NCBI GenBank assembly: GCA_047947115.1
Contig: CP170459.1
Location: 1,024,001-1,088,000, forward strand
Direction: 5' to 3'
DNA: 64,000 nt
DNA from: Verrucomicrobiota bacterium
GTDB lineage: Bacteria > Verrucomicrobiota > Verrucomicrobiia > Limisphaerales > AAA164-E04
Part shown: piece by piece, positions 58,593-64,000 of the stretch
How positions within the stretch are numbered: position 1 is the first letter of the stretch
Layout: every line of letters starts with the position of its first letter
Translations under genes and position numbers: made by a program
Notes under the pieces: model-generated
Told to the model about the DNA's origin: nothing
The model's database searches: none
The model's input: only the letters and a program-made list of their open reading frames with translations

Positions 58593-60402
58593 ATGACAAG
58601 GCAAAGTGCAGTCATGCAAAACGCGATTCACCACAGATGTCTTAAATGGATTCCGATAGGGTTGATCTTTTTGAGTTCATCCATCCAGATAAACGCCCTA
58701 TCCGTCATTGATTTGTTGATCGTTTATTCCCCGGAAGCAGGCCTGGCCGGCAACGGTTCCGAAGCCATGCAACAACTCGCCATGGCAGCCGTACGGGAAA
58801 TGAATGCAGCACATGAACGCAGTGTGAGCGATGTTCGGTTTCATCTGGTAGGGTGGTTCAATCAGAGGAAAACCAAGCCGGCACTTCCACATCCTCCAAC
58901 CTGCGGGCCATTCGCGAAGCACAGGATGGAACTCTGGACGAAATCCAGGGACTACGGGATCTTTACGGCGCGGACATCGTCACCTATATCTTCGACAACG
59001 ACAGCGGTTCCAATGTTGGCTTGGCGAACAGCTTGACCTCTCTGGATCCATCCTTCAGTGAAAAAGCTTTCAATGTCATTGTGCGACGCAAGGCATATGG
59101 CGATTGGGTGTTGGCCCACGAAATCGCCCACAACCTCGGCGCCGAACACGACCGGGGAAACGTCAACGGTCTGCCCGGACTGACCGATTGCGCGTACGGT
59201 GACTTTTACAACATTGATGGAGAAGGCGTACACACCATCATGGCCCAAAGTCGATTCAGCGAACGCATCGGCTATTTGTCAAATCCAAAAGTCCAATTGG
59301 CCGGGGAGACGCTGGGAACCGATTCGCCACCGGAAGCGTGTGCGGACAACGTTTCCGCCATCAACATGGCCGGACCTTTCGTCGCTGGATTTCGTTCCAG
59401 AACATTTCTCAACGATGCCTTTGTGGACCGAACCTTGCTGAAAGGATACGGATTCAGTCTGACCGGTGACCTGACAAATTCAACCCGCGAAGACACCGAA
59501 CCACTCCACAACCCCAATCGAGACACCGGATCGTTGTGGTGGTCCTGGACCGCGCCCTCAACGGATGAATACGAAATATCCTTTGCCGGATCTTCCGGGA
59601 CGCTGTCAGTCGTTTTTTACGAAGGCGACACCCTGCCATCACTGGAACCATTAACAGCATTCAGCAATCAATCCCCTAATCATTCTGACACTTTGCACGC
59701 GGAAGAAGGGATCACCTATCAAATTGCCGCAACAAGTTTGTTAAGTAATAACGCGTTCGTGGCCTTTTCAATCACCCGACCCAATGATGCTTTTGAAAAT
59801 CCCGCCATATTGTCCGGCACACAGTTGATCGCCACTACAGACAGTTCGAATGCCACCAATGAACCCAGAGAGCCCAACCATGGAGCCATTGATGTTTTTT
59901 TGGTTCCACCAGCAACTCCGTTTGGTGGCAATGGTTGGCTCCCGCCAGCGGACCATTCCAGCTCTCCACACAAGGGAGTTTGTTCGGCACCAATCTAGGG
60001 GTTTACACAGGAGCAGCACTGCCCGATCTGGAACTCATAGCAGAAGACGCATACGAGCGAGATCAACCTGTGGCAGAACTCACCTTCCCCGCGCAAGCGG
60101 GTGAGATCTATCGCATCGCTGTGGCAGGTCCCGGAGGATTGGACATTCCTGGTGGTTTTACCGTCTTGAGCCTGGCACAAACACCTCAACCCAACCTTCG
60201 CATGTCCCTGGAAAGAACCACACCATCCAGTCTGATCATTCAAGTGGAAGGATTCACTGATTCCGACTGGATCATTGAAACCACAGAAGATTTTGAAACC
60301 TGGACCGAGTCCGCCCGGTTCACCCCGTCAGACCTCCCAGCGCAACTGCAAGGAACACCCGATCAAACCCAGCGCTTTTTCCGTGCAAGAAGTATCCCAT
60401 AG
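58593..60402 (+). pseudogene. Secreted reprolysin-like (M12/metzincin) metalloprotease with two apparent frameshifts
   Basis: IDLLIVYS; HEIAHNLGAEHD (HExxHxxGxxH) plus Met-turn TIMA; two ND.F...S.WW.W.AP repeats; tail FFRAR; breaks at G3 58851-58853 and T7 59895-59901. Confidence 0.85.
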
Positions 60403-60535
60403 CGTGTGGTATGGTAGGGACACGCTGCCGCGTGTCCGGTGGCGCGTTCGCGGCCGCGCAGCATTGCGGCTCTGCCTCCCCGTGTCTCTGCGCCTCAAAT
60501 CCCGTTTACAGGAACGGACGTGAGTAAAAAACCAA

Positions 60536-61312
60536 TCATCGAGCCGCAGCCGGCATCTGCACATCCGTGCGAGGTTGGTACCCACGATGCCAATTCTGCA
60601 CCCATAGTTCCTGCAACTTGATGTAGTCAATATGGCCATCCGTGTAGGCGAGATTAATCCCCTTGTCATGGCGATCCACGAAATACCGACGCATGCCCTG
60701 AGTGTTATCGCCTCCGTCGTAATTCTGCGGAGGGGTATTTTCAGCACGCGGCCAGGCATCGACCCAATTACCGTCACCATACAAAGGCACATTGGCGCTG
60801 CTATTCATATACATGCCCCAATACCGATTCCGTTCATCGTCCGTTGAAGGCTCGTAGTAACTACCCATCGGCCACTGCATCCAGGAATTGATCGTATAAC
60901 TCCCCTCGGCCTTGCTCTTCGCAAAATTTCCCCACCAGAAACTCCAATTCGTTTTGCTGTCACCGGGCCCGTCCTGTTTGGAGCGACTCTTGATCGATGG
61001 ACAAATAATCGTCTGCATGGAGCCCTCATAGCTTTGCTGGGGATCATCCACATAAGAACTGTCCCCCATATAAGGCGCGATGGCGTGAAACCAATAAGGC
61101 TTGCCAGGGCCCAGCACCTGCAGAACCTTATCCTCGTTATCGTCGGCATACATGATGGTCGCCAAAGCAACCTGCTTGAGATTATTGGTGCATTTGATGG
61201 TTTTGGCCTTGGATTTGGCCCGCCCCAGAGCTGGCAGAAGCATGCCAGCCAGAATGGCGATAATAGCGATCACGACCAACAATTCGATCAGAGTGAAACC
61301 TTTGTTTTTCAT
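60536..61312 (-). CDS. Prepilin-type N-terminal methylation / DUF1559 protein with H-X9-DG motif
   Basis: [46 protein letters not shown]. Confidence 0.93.
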   Translation of the reverse strand: MKNKGFTLIELLVVIAIIAILAGMLLPALGRAKSKAKTIKCTNNLKQVALATIMYADDNEDKVLQVLGPGKPYWFHAIAPYMGDSSYVDDPQQSYEGSMQTIICPSIKSRSKQDGPGDSKTNWSFWWGNFAKSKAEGSYTINSWMQWPMGSYYEPSTDDERNRYWGMYMNSSANVPLYGDGNWVDAWPRAENTPPQNYDGGDNTQGMRRYFVDRHDKGINLAYTDGHIDYIKLQELWVQNWHRGYQPRTDVQMPAAAR

Positions 61313-61465
61313 GGAATTCAACACACTATGCCCCCTGAGAGTCGAAAGGCCAAGATAGAAAATCCCTCAAAACACCTGCCAGAAGCACCATACAGACAAA
61401 GAAACGACAAACTTGAGCTTGCCAAAAGAGGCCCGGCCCATTAATTTCCACCTCCTGCAACGCAT

Positions 61466-61552
61466 GCCGGCGTGGCGGAATTGGCAGACGCGCTAGACTC
61501 AAAATCTGGTTCTCGCAAGGGAGTGGGGGTTCGAGCCCCTCCGCCGGTACCA
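61466..61552 (+). tRNA. tRNA-Leu(CAA)
   Basis: Acceptor stem GCCGGCG/CGCCGGT, D-loop GGAATTGGCAGAC, anticodon loop CTCAAAA, long variable arm, GTTCGAG, encoded CCA. Confidence 0.95.
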
Positions 61553-61730
61553 TGACAAATTCAATTTGTTATGGATTTCAATACCCAATCTTTAGGCAAG
61601 AGCCGAGATCGGGAACCTAGCAATGCGGCCTGATCCTTTGTACCCTCTCAAACTCAGTCTCACACCTTTGACCAATAGCCTAAGTTCTGAACCTGAAATT
61701 CAACCCCCAACTTCCCTTGAAGCGCAACTT

Positions 61731-61796
61731 ATGCGATCGAATAGATATTCGTTTTACATGCGATCGAATTAAAAACTATCTTGCATGCGTTCGCAT
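61731..61796. promoter_or_regulatory. Three putative HipB operators
   Basis: ATGCGATCGAAT (61731), ATGCGATCGAAT (61758), ATGCGTTCGCAT (61785): 27-bp period, palindromic consensus ATGCGATCGCAT. Confidence 0.75.
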
Positions 61797-61807
61797 TGTT
61801 TTTTACG

Positions 61808-62086
61808 ATGAAGATTATGTTTATCACCTCAGTTATCGAACTTGGTGCGTTGGTCCGTTCTGAAAGGAGGAAACGGAATTGGACTCAGCAGGAACTCGCT
61901 GAAAGGGTAGGAGTCAAATCACTATGGGTTTCACAATTCGAGCGGGGAAAGGCGACGGCGCAGGTTGGGCTTGTTTTGCGTACGTTAAAAACGCTGGATA
62001 TCGTGCTGCAGGTTGGAAATGTTTGTTCCGACAAGGAGCAGGTTGATTCGATGGACATTGATCTGGACTCCATCGTAGGCCTCTGA
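61808..62086 (+). CDS. hipB: HipB-like XRE antitoxin
   Basis: LGALVRSERRKRNWTQQELAERVGV...VSQFERGK; upstream of hipA. Confidence 0.85.
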   Translation: MKIMFITSVIELGALVRSERRKRNWTQQELAERVGVKSLWVSQFERGKATAQVGLVLRTLKTLDIVLQVGNVCSDKEQVDSMDIDLDSIVGL

Positions 62087-62117
62087 AGTCCGGGAAACCT
62101 TGAATCATTGAACTGAA

Positions 62118-63449
62118 ATGTCAGTTGCATTCGAAAACCAGAAGGAAGTATTGGAAGCTCTTTACAACGGGAAAAGGGTTGGACAACTGCATTACGCGAA
62201 GAACCTGGCCAGATTTTCTTATACCGAGGAGTGGACGAGAGATCCAGCCGCCTTCCCTATTTCGTTATCAATGCCCTTGGCACAGAAAGATCACACTGAT
62301 CAGGTCGTGCGTCCTTTTGTCGCAGGTCTATTGCCAGACAGTGATGCTGTGTTGAATCAATGGAGCAGAAGATTTCAAGTCTCCCGCCACAATCCATTCA
62401 AACTGCTGGAACACATTGGCGAGGAATGTGCCGGCGGCATCCAATTCGTTCCGCCGGACCGTTTGCCCAAATGGCTGAGTCATTCACCTCCGTCCGGAGT
62501 TGACTGGCTGACCGAGGAAGATTTCGTCGAACGAATCGAAAGACTCGGGAAGGATGGCAGCGCGTCTCGAAAGTATGGGGATGAAGGACATTTCAGTCTC
62601 GCAGGTGCGCAAGTAAAGACCGCACTTTATCGTGACCCGATTGAAAATCGGTGGGGAGTTCCGAAGGGAATCACACCGACGACGCATATTATCAAACCAA
62701 ACACGGGGAACTTTGATTCGTTTGAACTGAATGAACACTACTGTTTGAAACTGGCCCATTCAATGGGTCTGAAAGCAGCCGCATCCTGGACTGAGATAAT
62801 TGGAACTACCCCCGTCATCATCGTTGAGCGCTATGATCGCATCAAGCTCACGGACAAAATGATCCGCATCCATCAGGAAGATTGTTGCCAAGCGCTGTCA
62901 AGGCCACCCGAGAAAAAATATCAAAACGAAGGTGGACCATCTGCCACCGAACTTTTCCAATTAATCCGAAACCATTCCAGTAAACCGCATGAAGATGTCA
63001 TTCGGTTGCTGGACGCTTTGATTTTCAATTATCTTGTTTGCGGCACAGATGCGCATGCCAAGAATTTCAGTTTATTGATCGCCGGCAAGGGGCAGGTGCG
63101 ACTGGCACCACTCTATGACCTGATATCCATCCTGCCATATGAACAATATGAACCGAGAAAAACAAAACTGGCCATGAAGATAGGCGGACATTACCGCCTT
63201 TGGGAAATCGGTAAAAAGCAATGGCAAAAGGCAGCAAAAGAATGGCAGTTCGATCAAGATTTTGTGATCGATCGCCTCTACACCGCATCAGAAAAACTGA
63301 AAAAAGCCGCACATGCAACCAGATCTGAAATGCCCGGACAAGCACATGAACAAAATCGCTTTTTGGATGAAATCGCAAAGTTGATTTCAGACCGTGCAGA
63401 TTCATGCTCAAAAAAAATCGCTGATCAAAATTCAAGACATGGGGCTTAA
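62118..63449 (+). CDS. hipA: HipA Ser/Thr kinase toxin
   Basis: ISLSMPL, GLLPD, SLAGAQVK, THIIKP, HQEDCCQAL, DAHAKNFS, LAPLYDL. Confidence 0.94.
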   Translation: MSVAFENQKEVLEALYNGKRVGQLHYAKNLARFSYTEEWTRDPAAFPISLSMPLAQKDHTDQVVRPFVAGLLPDSDAVLNQWSRRFQVSRHNPFKLLEHIGEECAGGIQFVPPDRLPKWLSHSPPSGVDWLTEEDFVERIERLGKDGSASRKYGDEGHFSLAGAQVKTALYRDPIENRWGVPKGITPTTHIIKPNTGNFDSFELNEHYCLKLAHSMGLKAAASWTEIIGTTPVIIVERYDRIKLTDKMIRIHQEDCCQALSRPPEKKYQNEGGPSATELFQLIRNHSSKPHEDVIRLLDALIFNYLVCGTDAHAKNFSLLIAGKGQVRLAPLYDLISILPYEQYEPRKTKLAMKIGGHYRLWEIGKKQWQKAAKEWQFDQDFVIDRLYTASEKLKKAAHATRSEMPGQAHEQNRFLDEIAKLISDRADSCSKKIADQNSRHGA

Positions 63450-63630
63450 AGGTATATTCCATCATCCGCTCTACTCCTTCTCAACATCTGCGTCAATCTG
63501 CGAGCATCTGTGGTTCAAACTTAGCAACCCGTAAAAAGTAACAAAAGTTAAGACTGACCCTCCCTCGTGTGTGTTTTGTCTTTTATTGTGGCGGATCGTG
63601 ATTACTCTTTGGGCGCTACGTAGTATTGGC

Positions 63631-64000
63631 ATGGAAACCAAATTTATCAGGAACTTTAGCATTATTGCTCATATCGACCACGGCAAGACGACCTTGTCGG
63701 ACCGCTTGCTGCATTTGACCGGAACCATTTCGGACCGTGACATGCAGGCTCAGTTGTTGGATTCAATGGATCTGGAAAAGGAGCGCGGCATCACCATTAA
63801 AGCGCATCCGGTCACGATGTATTATACCGCCAAGGACGGAAACCGGTATGAGTTGAATCTGATCGACACTCCCGGGCATGTTGATTTTTCTTATGAAGTC
63901 TCACGCAGTTTGAGTGCTTGTGAAGGGGCTTTGTTGATCATTGACGCCGCACAGGGGGTAGAAGCGCAAACAGTTGCAAACCTCCACCTGGCCATGAAGC
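63631..64000 (+). CDS. lepA: Elongation factor 4 (LepA), 3' end outside the window
   Basis: [62 protein letters not shown]. Confidence 0.96.
   Translation, partial: METKFIRNFSIIAHIDHGKTTLSDRLLHLTGTISDRDMQAQLLDSMDLEKERGITIKAHPVTMYYTAKDGNRYELNLIDTPGHVDFSYEVSRSLSACEGALLIIDAAQGVEAQTVANLHLAMK

Noticed and set aside
61466..63630. Integrative element at tRNA-Leu
   Set aside because: No integrase and no duplicated tRNA 3' end seen
1..64000. CRISPR array or cas genes
   Set aside because: No regularly spaced identical repeats with unique spacers; the repeats seen are dispersed hairpins, and no Cas motifs were recognised

Overview
A 64-kb stretch of bacterial chromosome, probably from a member of Verrucomicrobiota/PVC. 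This is inferred from the DUF1559 prepilin/H-X9-DG gene, the ASPIC/FG-GAP protein, the ECF sigma-Ser/Thr kinase pair and the eukaryote-type HisA. Housekeeping and metabolic genes include uvrA, ndk, a SurA-like gene, moaA, PPi-type pfk, uppP, larE, an rfaE2-like gene, hisA, an mntR-like gene, an lpoB cluster, tRNA-Leu(CAA) and the start of lepA. These are interleaved with accessory material: six intact-looking toxin-antitoxin pairs (five PIN-type plus HipBA), most with an inverted-repeat operator; an IS5-family element; an IS1182-like element splitting a spondin-domain gene; a RAYT-type Y1 transposase; and several REP/REPIN-like repeat families. Some of those repeats supply stop codons, and one sits in frame inside a kinase. 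The best candidate for an undescribed system is a translationally coupled three-gene operon at 35327-38534: an XRE-HTH protein with a large unassigned C-terminal domain, a plant-type glucuronokinase homologue and a GalU-type uridylyltransferase. Second is a shared ~60-aa C-terminal module ending in F/Y-F/Y-R on unrelated secreted enzymes, which may be a sorting or anchoring signal. All assignments come from visual motif recognition; no searches were run.
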